Source: an uncultured Clostridia bacterium (GTDB lineage Bacteria; Bacillota; Clostridia; Oscillospirales; CAG-272). From it: a stretch of 64,000 bases of DNA. Numbering within the stretch: the first letter of the stretch is position 1; every line of letters begins with the position of its first letter. The stretch is from NCBI GenBank assembly GCA_944384525.1, contig CALWTR010000016.1, forward strand, positions 4,546-68,545, in the 5' to 3' direction. The notes under the pieces were generated by a model. The model saw only the letters and a list, made by a program, of their open reading frames with translations, made no database searches and was not told where the DNA came from. Positions 17,731-27,202 of this stretch are shown here, in pieces. Made by a program: the position numbers and the translations under genes.

Positions 17731-18909
17731 ATGACAAAATTACTAGTGCGGCTTTTTGTAAAAGACCGGAACAACACCTCGTCTCCGTCAGTCAGAAAAA
17801 ATTACGGTACTCTCTCCAGCATGGTCGGGATATGCGTAAACGTATTTTTATCCGCGTTCAAATTTATCGTCGGCAGTCTTTGCGGGTCGATAGCGATAAC
17901 GGCAGATGCCACAAACAATCTCTCAGACGCAGGATCTTCAATAATTTCATTTATAAGTTTCAAACTCTCGGCAAAGCCTGCCGACCGTGAACATCCGTAC
18001 GGACACGCAAGAATAGAATATATCGCATCCTTTATCGTGTCCATACTGATCATAATGGTGGGATTTGAGCTGATCGGTGAATCCTGGAACAAGATACGAA
18101 CATCTGAAATAATTATGGAAAACGGCTTCAGCAGAGAAATAATAATAGCGATAATTGTGCTCTGCACTTCCATACTGCTAAAGCTCTGGCTCGCTTTTTT
18201 CTACCGCAAAATAGGAACGACCATATCCTCCTCCGTGATAAAAGCGACATCTGTTGACAGCATATCCGACGTCATCTCAACATTCTCTATTTTGATATCT
18301 ACACTGCTCGTCGGGTTCTTCGGAGTGAATATAGACGGCTATATGGGACTTGCCGTTGCGATATTTATCATCATAAGCGGCGTCAAAATACTCGGAGAGA
18401 CCGAAAAGAACCTGCTGGGCAACGGACCTGTAGACGACATAATAGATTCGATGAAAAAGATCATAAACGAATATCCTGAGGTGCTCGGGATACACGATAT
18501 AATGGTCCATAATTACGGACCAGGACACACTATCACTTCACTGCACGTTGAAGTGGACGGCTCTGTCAATATTTTTGAGACCCACGACGTTATTGACAAT
18601 ATAGAAAAGCGAATAGCGTCAGAGCTCAATATCGTATGTACGATACATATGGATCCCATCGTCACTGACGATGAAGAAAGAAACCGTATGCACTCCGTAG
18701 TCTGCTCGATCGTCACGGCAGTAGATCCGTCCCTTAAAATACACGATTTCCGAATGGTCAAGGGAACGACGCACACAAACCTGATCTTTGATGTATCTGC
18801 GCCTTTTGAGTACAAAGCGAGCGACAAGGAAATAATAAAAAATATATCGGAAAGCGTATCGCAATACGATCCGAATCTGTTCTGCGTAATTACTGTAGAT
18901 AGAGAATAA
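17731..18909 (+). CDS. cation diffusion facilitator (CDF) family metal efflux transporter
   Basis: Six TM helices. ADATNNLSDAGSS, HPYGHARIEY and SISD motifs are present, with a C-terminal cytoplasmic domain (HDIMVHNYGPG..., IHMDP). Confidence 0.88.
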   Translation: MTKLLVRLFVKDRNNTSSPSVRKNYGTLSSMVGICVNVFLSAFKFIVGSLCGSIAITADATNNLSDAGSSIISFISFKLSAKPADREHPYGHARIEYIASFIVSILIIMVGFELIGESWNKIRTSEIIMENGFSREIIIAIIVLCTSILLKLWLAFFYRKIGTTISSSVIKATSVDSISDVISTFSILISTLLVGFFGVNIDGYMGLAVAIFIIISGVKILGETEKNLLGNGPVDDIIDSMKKIINEYPEVLGIHDIMVHNYGPGHTITSLHVEVDGSVNIFETHDVIDNIEKRIASELNIVCTIHMDPIVTDDEERNRMHSVVCSIVTAVDPSLKIHDFRMVKGTTHTNLIFDVSAPFEYKASDKEIIKNISESVSQYDPNLFCVITVDRE

Positions 18910-18930
18910 GGTAAAAAAATGCGGCAGAAG

Positions 18931-19887
18931 TCATTTGTTTATATCGACTCTGTTTTTATTCCCGCCGTTGAAATGTGAGATAATGTTCTCAGATATTATC
19001 TTGAAACACCTGACTCTTGATTCATAAGCTCCCCATGCCATGTGAGGTGTCAGCAGCACGTTTTCAAGGGCTTTGATCGATTCATAAGGATGATCCGGGC
19101 CAAACGGCTCAGTCGAATATACATCACAGCCGAACCCGCCTATTTTTCCGGACAGCACAGCGTCTCGTACAGCTTCCTCATCCAAGACAAGCCCGCGCGC
19201 TTCATTTACAAGCACAACTCCGTCTTTCATAGTCGCTATTCGTTCCCTGCTTATGAGCCCGCGTGTATCTTGAGTCAGCGGACAATGGATGCTTATTATA
19301 TCGGATCTTCGACAGAGCTCATCTATCTCCACGCATTCCGCCTCAGCCGTAGGTACTCTTTTATTTACTATCACTCGGCATCCGAGCGCCTCAGCCGCCT
19401 TCGCAACCTCTTTTCCGATACCGCCGTATCCTATGATCCCCCATGTCTTTCCGTATATTTCACGGTACTGCGGTACCAGTCTGTTTGCCGTCTTAGAGGC
19501 ATAATAATCTCCGCTGATGACGAAATTTCTGTACGACTCGATCCTGTTATACAAAAAAAGAACTGTGGCCACCGTTACCTGAGCGACGCTGTGGGAAGAA
19601 TATCCCGGAACATTAGCTACCGCGACGCCGTGTCTGCGGCATTCTGCAAGGTCAATATTATCATAGCCTGTAGCGGCTACGCATATCAGTTTCAGAGCGT
19701 CTGCCTGATCGAGCACTTCGCCGGTTATTTTTATTTTGTTTATTATTATGACGTCGAAGCCCTTTATCCTTTTCGGAACTTCCTCCGGCGCAGTATTCGG
19801 ATATTTTATGACATCGGCGTACGGAAAGAATTCTTCAAGTTGTATATCTTCCCCGAGCGTAGCCGCATCCAGCACTGCTATCCTCAT
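18931..19887 (-). CDS. D-isomer-specific 2-hydroxyacid dehydrogenase (glycerate/hydroxypyruvate reductase-like)
   Basis: Rossmann motif GIIGYGGIGKEVAK. Catalytic region NEARG...D...LTPHMAW. GGAGGT SD. Confidence 0.85.
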   Translation of the reverse strand: MRIAVLDAATLGEDIQLEEFFPYADVIKYPNTAPEEVPKRIKGFDVIIINKIKITGEVLDQADALKLICVAATGYDNIDLAECRRHGVAVANVPGYSSHSVAQVTVATVLFLYNRIESYRNFVISGDYYASKTANRLVPQYREIYGKTWGIIGYGGIGKEVAKAAEALGCRVIVNKRVPTAEAECVEIDELCRRSDIISIHCPLTQDTRGLISRERIATMKDGVVLVNEARGLVLDEEAVRDAVLSGKIGGFGCDVYSTEPFGPDHPYESIKALENVLLTPHMAWGAYESRVRCFKIISENIISHFNGGNKNRVDINK

Positions 19888-20144
19888 ATTTTACCTCCTC
19901 AAAAAACTACAGTTACAAACAAATCATACAGACGGCGGGCAGATACTGCACCGCCTTGTTTTATTATAACATTTAAGACGCACTTTTTCAACTTTGAGCT
20001 ATAAAATTCCGCTTATTCTGTTTTCTTTTCAATGAATCGCCCAATATATATTTAAAACATTTTCTTAAATATTTTCCGGTTCCGGAAGTTAGATCTAATT
20101 ATATCAAATAATCATAAAAAAGTAAAAAAATACATACAAAACTA

Positions 20145-20174
20145 TTGACAATACTATAAATAGTATGATATAAT
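20145..20174 (+). promoter_or_regulatory. strong sigma-A type promoter of rpmG-secE-nusG, with an AT-rich UP-like region upstream
   Basis: TTGACA (20145-20150), 18-nt spacer, TGa-TATAAT (20169-20174). About 100 bp of A/T-rich sequence lies upstream. Confidence 0.7.
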
Positions 20175-20290
20175 TACCTTACCTCGTGACGGGGTTCTTT
20201 TTTTGCGCGCTTTTGGGACGGCGCGCATCCCGCCTTAGAGGGAGGTATTTTAATGGGTCAGACCCAAATTTAATCAGGAGGTGCCGATAT

Positions 20291-20440
20291 ATGAGAGTCA
20301 AAATCACGCTCGCTTGTTCTGAATGCAAGCAGAGAAATTATGACACAATGAAAAACAAGAAGAACGATCCGGACAGGCTTGAGATGAACAAGTACTGCCG
20401 TTTCTGCCGCAAACATACTTTGCACAAAGAAACAAAATAA
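20291..20440 (+). CDS. rpmG: 50S ribosomal protein L33 (zinc-ribbon C+ form)
   Basis: [49 protein letters not shown]. Two CxxC pairs. AGGAGG lies 8 nt upstream of the ATG. The track ORF start at 20186 is a spurious 5-prime extension. Confidence 0.95.
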   Translation: MRVKITLACSECKQRNYDTMKNKKNDPDRLEMNKYCRFCRKHTLHKETK

Positions 20441-20455
20441 TTTGGAGAGGATTCT

Positions 20456-20830
20456 TTGATTATGTCTGAAAACATCAACAACAATAATCCGGAGATGGAG
20501 GAGAACGGCGCGGAGCAGCTCGAGCAGTCCGCAAACGTCTCCGCAGAGGCAGAGGAAGTATCGTCCCCCGTAGCTGATAAGACATCCGACGGAAAAAAGC
20601 AGAAATCCACTCAGAAAAAGCCGAACGCATTCAAACGCTTCGGTGCTTGGATAAAGAATCTCTTCAGGGGCTATAAGAGTGAGCTCGGAAAGGTCGTGTG
20701 GACCCCTAAAAGTGAACTCAAGAAAAGTACTCTTCTTGTCGTTCTGACTGTTGCGGTATTCGGGATAGTTATAGGTATCGTAGACACTACCTTCTATTAT
20801 CTCACTGATTTTATCGCAAAGTTGATCTAA
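20456..20830 (+). CDS. secE: preprotein translocase subunit SecE with a long acidic/lysine-rich N-terminal extension
   Basis: C-terminal ...ELGKVVWTPKSELKKSTLLVVLTVAVFGIVIGIVD is the SecE TM signature. Positioned between rpmG and nusG. The start is TTG 20456 or ATG 20462, after GGAGAGG. Confidence 0.85.
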   Translation: MIMSENINNNNPEMEENGAEQLEQSANVSAEAEEVSSPVADKTSDGKKQKSTQKKPNAFKRFGAWIKNLFRGYKSELGKVVWTPKSELKKSTLLVVLTVAVFGIVIGIVDTTFYYLTDFIAKLI

Positions 20831-20842
20831 TAAGGAGCCGCA

Positions 20843-21391
20843 ATGAGTAATATAAACGAAAAAAACCTTGGTCCCAGATGGTATGTTGCTCATACTTATT
20901 CCGGTTACGAAAACAAAGTAAAGGCAAGCATAGAGAAGATCGTAGAAAACCGCGGCCTCGGCCATCTTATCTACGATGTGAAGATCCCTATGGAGATCAC
21001 TAAGGAAACCGACGATAAGGGTCAGGAAAAAGAGGTAGAATCCAAACTCTTTCCCTGCTATGTTCTCGTTAAAATGACTATGACGGACGAAAGCTGGCAC
21101 GTGGTCAGAAATATCACGGGCGTTACCGGCTTTGTCGGCCCCGGATCGGAGCCCACGCCGCTCACTGACGCCGAAGTCGAGATGTTCAACGTCGAAGTTG
21201 TCAACGAAGAATTCAAGTTCAAGATCGGAGACAAGGTCATTGTCGCATCCGGCATTTTTGAAGGATACAGCGGTACCCTCATAGATATCGGAGAGGACAA
21301 AAAGCAAGTCACGATCCTCGCGTCGACAGAACGCCGCGAGATCCCTATCATTGTCGATTCCAAAGATATCCGCCTCGCGGATCAAAATTAA
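20843..21391 (+). CDS. nusG: transcription termination/antitermination factor NusG
   Basis: WYVAHTYSGYENKVK (NGN domain) and the KOW motif GDKVIVASGIFEGYSGTLIDI. Canonical secE-nusG-rplK synteny. Confidence 0.95.
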   Translation: MSNINEKNLGPRWYVAHTYSGYENKVKASIEKIVENRGLGHLIYDVKIPMEITKETDDKGQEKEVESKLFPCYVLVKMTMTDESWHVVRNITGVTGFVGPGSEPTPLTDAEVEMFNVEVVNEEFKFKIGDKVIVASGIFEGYSGTLIDIGEDKKQVTILASTERREIPIIVDSKDIRLADQN

Positions 21392-21478
21392 AACAGCTTC
21401 TAACAGAAGCATAATGTGGGAGGGAGAAAATTTTACTTCATTCTCCCGTAGCGTTCACCACATTCGGAGGTTATTGAA

Positions 21479-21907
21479 ATGGCTAAGAAAATCACAGGTT
21501 ACATCAAGCTTCAGCTTCCCGCCGGAAAGGCTACTCCTCAGCCGCCGGTAGGTCCCGCTCTCGGTCAGTACGGAGTTTCCATCCCTAACTTCACCAAAGA
21601 GTTCAACGAGAGGACCAAGAATGATATCGGTCTCATCATACCGGTCATCATAACCGTTTATGCAGACCGTTCCTTCACATTTATAACAAAGACTCCTCCC
21701 GCTCCTGTTCTTATCAAAAAGGCATGCGGTATAGAGTCCGCTTCCGCCACCCCGAACAAGCTCAAGGTAGCATCTATAACCAAAGAGCAGGTCCGGAAAA
21801 TCGCAGAGCAGAAAATGCCCGACCTCAACGCCGCTTCCATTGAAGCCGCTATGAGCATGATCGCCGGAACGGCACGCAGCATGGGCATTACCGTCGTAGA
21901 TGACTAA
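21479..21907 (+). CDS. rplK: 50S ribosomal protein L11
   Basis: [33 protein letters not shown]... is near-canonical L11. Confidence 0.96.
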   Translation: MAKKITGYIKLQLPAGKATPQPPVGPALGQYGVSIPNFTKEFNERTKNDIGLIIPVIITVYADRSFTFITKTPPAPVLIKKACGIESASATPNKLKVASITKEQVRKIAEQKMPDLNAASIEAAMSMIAGTARSMGITVVDD

Positions 21908-21922
21908 GGAGGAAGCAGAGTT

Positions 21923-22615
21923 ATGAAAATGGGAAAGAAATACAAAGCAAGTACCGAACTTATCGATAAAACAAAAATGTACGACCCTGCAGAGGCTATG
22001 GATCTCGTATGCCAGACTGCAAAGGCCAAATTTGACGAGACAGTCGAAGTCCATATCAGACTCGGCGTCGATTCCCGCCACGCTGATCAGCAGGTCAGAG
22101 GCGCTATCGTGCTTCCTAACGGAACCGGAAAGAAAATCAAGACTCTCGTATTCGCCCGCGGTGACAAAGCTGATGCCGCTCTCGCAGCAGGCGCAGATTA
22201 CGTCGGAGCCGAGGAATACGTCACAAAGATCCAGAGCGAAAACTGGTTCGATTTTGACGTCGTTATCGCGTCTCCCGATATGATGGGCGTTATAGGACGT
22301 CTCGGTAAGGTCCTCGGTCCTAAGGGACTTATGCCTAACCCGAAAGCCGGCACCGTTACCCCCGACGTTGCAAAGGCTGTAACTGAGGCTAAGGCCGGTA
22401 AGATCGAGTATCGTCTCGACAAGACCAACATCATCCACTGCCCCATCGGCAAGGCATCTTTCGGTACCGAAAAGCTCACCGAGAACTTCAATGCTCTGCT
22501 TGGCGCTGTCATCAAGGCAAAGCCGGCAGCTACAAAGGGCCAGTATATAAAGAGCTGTGTCATAGCATCGACTATGGGCCCCGGCGTTAAGATCAACTAC
22601 GCAAAGCTTGGCTGA
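21923..22615 (+). CDS. rplA: 50S ribosomal protein L1
   Basis: GKKYKAS...[24 protein letters not shown]...[23 protein letters not shown] lies 10 nt upstream. Confidence 0.96.
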   Translation: MKMGKKYKASTELIDKTKMYDPAEAMDLVCQTAKAKFDETVEVHIRLGVDSRHADQQVRGAIVLPNGTGKKIKTLVFARGDKADAALAAGADYVGAEEYVTKIQSENWFDFDVVIASPDMMGVIGRLGKVLGPKGLMPNPKAGTVTPDVAKAVTEAKAGKIEYRLDKTNIIHCPIGKASFGTEKLTENFNALLGAVIKAKPAATKGQYIKSCVIASTMGPGVKINYAKLG

Positions 22616-22635
22616 TAACATCATTGAAATAAAAA

Positions 22636-22670
22636 ATGACGGCTGGATATCCCGGCCGTCATTTTGTTTT
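22636..22670 (+). terminator. rho-independent terminator after rplA
   Basis: 11-bp stem ATGACGGCTGG / CCGGCCGTCAT (one G-U pair), followed by TTTTGTTTTT. Confidence 0.85.
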
Positions 22671-22753
22671 TCCATTTCTATTGTACACTTGGTTTACGTC
22701 TTTAATTATAGGTTTGCTGTTATTTACAGTTATGATGTTTGCACACCAAAAAA

Positions 22754-23425
22754 TCAAGCGTCTGTCCCGCCTCTGGCACCGCCGCGTTTTTTTAATATAC
22801 GAAACAGCGCAAAAGCAATTATTGAGGAGATCAAAAGTATCGTCCCTGTCAGGAAACAAGTTTTATCATTGCCGTAAAATCCGTATACCGCCAGACCGGC
22901 AAGCCCGGACATCGACATCACCGCGATCGGGTTAGGTTTCAGTACCCTAAGGAGCAAAAATGCGCAGAAGAAGATCAACACAGCCGCTATGTCTATCCCT
23001 TTAAATGCATAGGAAGTGCCGGAAAACCATGAGGTGACTATCATGGAATACCCTGCCGCCGCTATCATACCGACAACTGCGGGGCGCAAGCCTTTGAGCG
23101 CACCGTCTATAACATTCAGATTGCTGTATTTCTTATATAATGCGGCTATCGTCATTACTATTATGCAAGACGGGAGTATACATCCGGCAGTAGCGACAAG
23201 CGCTCCGGGTATACCTGCCATTCTTGCGCCGATAAAGCTGGCTGAATTTATAGCTATAGGTCCTGGGGTCATCTGTGATATCGTTATCAGGTCGGTAAAT
23301 TCTGACATTGTTATCCAACCGTATTTGTTTATCACCTGCTCCTGTATCAAAGGCAGAGCGGCATATCCTCCGCCTATGGAAAACAGACCTATTTGCAAAA
23401 ACGCCCAGAAGAGGTCAAGAAGCAT
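22754..23425 (-). CDS. chromate transporter (CHR) family protein, short-chain half
   Basis: FWAFLQIGLFSIGGGYAALPLIQEQV...WITMSEFTDLITISQMTPGPIAINSA is the ChrA signature. I prefer the start MLLDLF at 23425, which overlaps the upstream half by 11 nt. Confidence 0.85.
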   Translation of the reverse strand: MLLDLFWAFLQIGLFSIGGGYAALPLIQEQVINKYGWITMSEFTDLITISQMTPGPIAINSASFIGARMAGIPGALVATAGCILPSCIIVMTIAALYKKYSNLNVIDGALKGLRPAVVGMIAAAGYSMIVTSWFSGTSYAFKGIDIAAVLIFFCAFLLLRVLKPNPIAVMSMSGLAGLAVYGFYGNDKTCFLTGTILLISSIIAFALFRILKKRGGARGGTDA

Positions 23426-23984
23426 TTTTCTTACCGCCTCCTCTCCCGTACAGAAGAATACCGAACAAGAGACAGAACGCAACTATTATCATCACGTTCA
23501 CCGATAGCAGCGCCACAAGGATAAAGGAGATCACAGCTGTGACAGCGGCGATCCATTTGTTCTCCCGCCATACAGAGCACGCAAGAGACACGACCACATC
23601 GCATATCACTGCGGCTACTCCTGCCTGCATGCCGAGCATTATATAGCGCACTGCGGCGATCTCAATGAACTGAGCGTAAATATAAGATAGTGCCGTCAGT
23701 ATTACAAGAGGCGGGATTATTGTACCCAGGATCGATATGATCATCCCTGCCGCTCCGCCTATCTTTATACCTACAAGGATCGAGGCGTTAACGGCGATCG
23801 CGCCAGGCGATGACTGCGCTATGGCTGTATAATCTATCATTTCCTTTTCGCTGATCCAACCATAGCGGTCAACGAACTCCTTTTTCATAAGCGATATTAT
23901 TACATAGCCACCGCCGAAGGTAAATGCGCTGAGTTTTAACATTATAAAGAAGAGGCGCACATATGTACTTAAACTTCTTTTCAT
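23415..23984 (-). CDS. chromate transporter (CHR) family protein, short-chain half
   Basis: MLKLSAFTFGGGYVIISLMKKEFVDRYGWISEKEMIDYTAIAQSSPGAIAVNAS. Forms a pair with the downstream paralogous half. Confidence 0.85.
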   Translation of the reverse strand: MKRSLSTYVRLFFIMLKLSAFTFGGGYVIISLMKKEFVDRYGWISEKEMIDYTAIAQSSPGAIAVNASILVGIKIGGAAGMIISILGTIIPPLVILTALSYIYAQFIEIAAVRYIMLGMQAGVAAVICDVVVSLACSVWRENKWIAAVTAVISFILVALLSVNVMIIVAFCLLFGILLYGRGGGKKNAS

Positions 23985-23996
23985 TTATCTTAAACA

Positions 23997-24755
23997 CTAA
24001 CCTCCCCGCTTTTTTACTCTGAAAATGCGACGCACCGTTGTTGAAAAGGCGACAGACGGCGCAGCGCCGACTATCCTTGCGGCACCCGCATCATGCAGTG
24101 TCTCCGCGGCGCTCGCCATTGTTGCTCCGCTCGTCACAACATCGTCTACCAAAATCACCTTTTTGCCTCTGACAGCCTCAGTATCTTTAACGCAAAATGC
24201 GTTTTTTACATTTTCGCGTCTTTCAAGTGCGGTCAACGTCTTTTGCTCGCGCGTTGCACGCACCCGCCGCAATACTGGAACATATTCTATTCCGATATCC
24301 GCCGAAAGATATTTGCACAGCAGACGAGTCTGGTCGTATCCGTATTTCATAATTGAACCGGCGCTTCTTGGCAAGGATACTATCATCCATTTATCCGGAT
24401 CACTGAATTTACCGCGCAGCACATCGGCGAGCTCTTCCGCCAAAAATGCACTCACGTATTTATTGTTTCCGTGTTTGAGCGCCGCAATCAGATTATTTGA
24501 AACGGGGCACCCCGATTTTCTGGAATACCTGAATACCTTATAAAGCTTGTGTATATGATTTCTGTTCAGATATTTTGGAAGGCATGTACAGTTTCTCAGA
24601 TATTGAGCGCAATCCGGACAGCGTTCATCTTTATATGCAAGATACTCAAGCTCGCACCGCGGACACAAAACAAATCGTCCGAAGGAAAGCCGTTCCCCGC
24701 ATCCGATACATTTCGGAACCGACAGCAGAAAAAGCGCTCTGTCCGTCAATTTCAT
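23997..24755 (-). CDS. comFC: ComF family protein (ComFC-like phosphoribosyltransferase-fold, N-terminal zinc ribbon)
   Basis: CxxC...CxxC...CPDC N-terminus and a PRT-type loop [13 protein letters not shown]. The start overlaps the glnS stop by 4 nt (ATGA). Confidence 0.8.
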   Translation of the reverse strand: MKLTDRALFLLSVPKCIGCGERLSFGRFVLCPRCELEYLAYKDERCPDCAQYLRNCTCLPKYLNRNHIHKLYKVFRYSRKSGCPVSNNLIAALKHGNNKYVSAFLAEELADVLRGKFSDPDKWMIVSLPRSAGSIMKYGYDQTRLLCKYLSADIGIEYVPVLRRVRATREQKTLTALERRENVKNAFCVKDTEAVRGKKVILVDDVVTSGATMASAAETLHDAGAARIVGAAPSVAFSTTVRRIFRVKKRGG

Positions 24756-26401
24756 TTTCCGTAGCTGTCCTTAAGTCCAACTATGCGGTTGAACGTATTA
24801 GGATATTTTGTGTCTTTGACAAAATACCCGGTCCTGACAAACTGGAATTTATCTCCGGGCATGCTGTCTCGGAGAGAGGGCTCCACACGGCATCCGTTCA
24901 CTACCGTGACGGAATCCGGATTGAGATAGTCATCAAAACCCTTATCCTCCGGAATGTCAGCGACATTTTCGATAGTAAACAAATGGTCGTAGAGGCGGAC
25001 CGTTGCCTCCTCTGAATATTCGGCGGAGAGCCAATGTATAGTCCCCTTGACCTTTCTTCCGTCTGCAGGCGTGCCGCAGCCGGTATCAAAATCGCATGTA
25101 CAATGTATCTCGGAAATATTCCCGGCACTGTCCTTGACAACATCATTACACTTGATTATATAAGCGCCCATTAGCCGAACCTCACCACCCGGTTTAAGGC
25201 GGAAGAATTTAGGAGGCGGAACCTCTGAAAAATCGCTCCTCTCTATATACAGCTGGCGAGTGAAGCGGAGTTTGCGCTTCCCTTCCTCCTCATGCTGAGG
25301 ATTATTCGGAAGTTCAAAATACTCCACCTTATCCTCAGGATAGTTAGTAATGACGACCTTTACGGGATCTATAACTGCGATGCGGCGCGGAGCGCTCTCG
25401 TTGAGCTCCTCGCGTATGCAATGCTCAAGCAGTTCATAATCGACGACGCTGTATGCTTTGGCAACTCCTGCCCGGGAGACAAAGTCGAATATCGCACTGG
25501 GAGAATATCCGCGGCGTCTGAGCCCGCAAAGAGTCGGCATCCTAGGGTCGTCCCAGCCGTCCACAAGTCCTGTCTCGACAAGCTGGCGGAGATACCTCTT
25601 AGACATCACGGTGTGAGTTACGTTTAGGCGCGCGAACTCATACTGATGGGGCTTGTTTTTAACTCCGATATTGTCTATGACCCAATCATAAAGCGGTCTG
25701 TGGTTTTCAAATTCTATGGAGCAGAGCGAATGAGTTATACCTTCGGTCGCATCCTGTATCGGATGTGCAAAATCATAGAGCGGATATATACACCATTTAT
25801 CACCCTGGCGGTGATGGGAGGTATGAACTATCCTGTATATTGCCGGATCGCGCATATTTATATTTGGAGATGCCATATCTATCTTAGCTCGCAGAGTCTT
25901 TGCTCCGTCCGGGAATTCCCCGTTCTTCATTCTCTCGAAAAGCTCAAGATTTTCCTCAACGCTCCTGTCGCGGTACGGGCTGTTAACCCCGGGCTCAGTC
26001 AGAGTTCCGCGGTATTCTCGCATCTGATCCGCCGACAGATCGCATACATACGCCTTACCGTCCTTTATAAGTTTGACTGCATAGTTATAGCAGATATCGA
26101 AATAGTCTGAGCCGTAAAACACTCCTCCGTTCGGCTCACAGCCGAGCCACTTAAGATCTTCATATATGCTTTTTACATATTCATCATCCTCTTTGGCGGG
26201 GTTTGTGTCGTCGTATCTTAGGTTAAAAAGTCCTCCGTATTTTTTAGCGGTAGTATAGTTTATCCATATTGCTTTTGCACTGCCTATATGAAGATATCCG
26301 TTCGGCTCAGGAGGAAAGCGCGTATGGATCTTAAGAGAGGGATTTGCAGCCAGATCCGCATCTATTATCTCATGTATAAAATTGCTCTTTATCTCTTCCA
26401 T
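24752..26401 (-). CDS. glnS: glutamine--tRNA ligase
   Basis: [18 protein letters not shown] (HIGH), VMSKR (KMSKS) and GlnRS-type C-terminal beta-barrel domains. 549 aa. Confidence 0.93.
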   Translation of the reverse strand: MEEIKSNFIHEIIDADLAANPSLKIHTRFPPEPNGYLHIGSAKAIWINYTTAKKYGGLFNLRYDDTNPAKEDDEYVKSIYEDLKWLGCEPNGGVFYGSDYFDICYNYAVKLIKDGKAYVCDLSADQMREYRGTLTEPGVNSPYRDRSVEENLELFERMKNGEFPDGAKTLRAKIDMASPNINMRDPAIYRIVHTSHHRQGDKWCIYPLYDFAHPIQDATEGITHSLCSIEFENHRPLYDWVIDNIGVKNKPHQYEFARLNVTHTVMSKRYLRQLVETGLVDGWDDPRMPTLCGLRRRGYSPSAIFDFVSRAGVAKAYSVVDYELLEHCIREELNESAPRRIAVIDPVKVVITNYPEDKVEYFELPNNPQHEEEGKRKLRFTRQLYIERSDFSEVPPPKFFRLKPGGEVRLMGAYIIKCNDVVKDSAGNISEIHCTCDFDTGCGTPADGRKVKGTIHWLSAEYSEEATVRLYDHLFTIENVADIPEDKGFDDYLNPDSVTVVNGCRVEPSLRDSMPGDKFQFVRTGYFVKDTKYPNTFNRIVGLKDSYGK

Positions 26402-26441
26402 TTCAATATCCTTTCATTTGATCAGCCCATGCTTATTTTAA

Positions 26442-27050
26442 TCAGATAATATAGCTCTTTTCACGCCTTACTGAAGTGATCTCCCCATGCCCCGGATATA
26501 TCTCACATGCGTCAGGCAACCGTAGTATCTTTTTTAGCGATATATGTATCGCCGACTCATCTCCGCCCGGAAGATCGGTCCTGCCGTATCCTCCCCCAGA
26601 GAAAATAAGGTCTCCTGAAAACAGCTTTCCGTCTCCGTAAAGTGACACTGATCCGGGAGTATGCCCCGGAGTCTCTATTACTTTTAAAATATTATCGCCA
26701 AGCTTGACAATGTCTCCATCGTGCAGTGCGGTAAAATTGCAATCAAAACTTCTTTTCTCACCTAGGAACAGATAAAAACCGTTCAGCAAAGGATCTCTGA
26801 GCGCGGCGGCATCTCCCACACCTATCAGTACGGTCACGCCGGGCAGCGCTGCAAAACGATCCAGAAAAAGTATATGGTCAAAGTGCGCATGAGTAACAAA
26901 AACGTATCTGATACCGTCTGTCACCCCTATGAGCTTAGGATCGCACGCCGGATCCACAACCATAGCTTCACCGCTCGCGGGGTCTCTTACCAGATATGTA
27001 TTGGCGGAAAAACCGCCGCCGTGGAACTGCTTTACATCAAGCATGATCAC
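26442..27050 (-). CDS. MBL-fold metallo-hydrolase (glyoxalase II-like)
   Basis: VFVTHAHFDH (HxHxDH), TPGHTPGS and a late GHG motif. GTG start follows AAGGTAGG. Confidence 0.85.
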   Translation of the reverse strand: MIMLDVKQFHGGGFSANTYLVRDPASGEAMVVDPACDPKLIGVTDGIRYVFVTHAHFDHILFLDRFAALPGVTVLIGVGDAAALRDPLLNGFYLFLGEKRSFDCNFTALHDGDIVKLGDNILKVIETPGHTPGSVSLYGDGKLFSGDLIFSGGGYGRTDLPGGDESAIHISLKKILRLPDACEIYPGHGEITSVRREKSYII

Positions 27051-27079
27051 ATTCGCCTACCTTATTTTCTATACGTTTT

Positions 27080-27108
27080 ATTATAACACAATCATCAGAT
27101 ATTGTCTA
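27080..27108 (-). promoter_or_regulatory. candidate promoter of the MBL-glnS-comFC-chrA operon
   Basis: On the minus strand: TAGACA (27108-27103), 17-nt spacer, TGt-TATAAT (27085-27080). Confidence 0.5.
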
Positions 27109-27202
27109 TATTAAAAGCCTTTTTTTACTTTAACTATAATTTTTTTATTGCATAAACTACTATTGCACGGCTTTATTATCGTGCGAGAAAGGAGTGCCTC
27201 GT

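Noticed and set aside
20186-20290. 5-prime extensions of track ORFs. Examples are rpmG from 20186, the Rrf2 gene from 8585, hemZ from 45304, the chrA half from 23482, the M16 peptidase from 6742, glgB from 39290 and the BaiN-like gene from 61980.
   Set aside because: In each case a downstream ATG has a proper SD at 5-10 nt, restores the conserved family N-terminus, or creates a typical 4- or 11-nt overlap with the upstream gene. The extensions are non-conserved-looking sequence, often upstream of the SD itself.
20270-22675. Two very long antisense ORFs (20270-21412, 380 aa; 21455-22675, 406 aa) running opposite rpmG-secE-nusG and rplK-rplA. Their size makes them look like hidden genes.
   Set aside because: All five sense genes start at a coordinate equal to 2 mod 3. 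The antisense ORFs therefore sit in the frame whose codons are exactly opposite the sense codons. In that frame, antisense stops arise only from sense TTA, CTA or TCA codons. The ORF track implies that about 727 consecutive codons of these highly expressed genes contain none of the three. The antisense products are low-complexity, with no SD and no recognisable motif. This is a codon-bias artefact, not a coding region.
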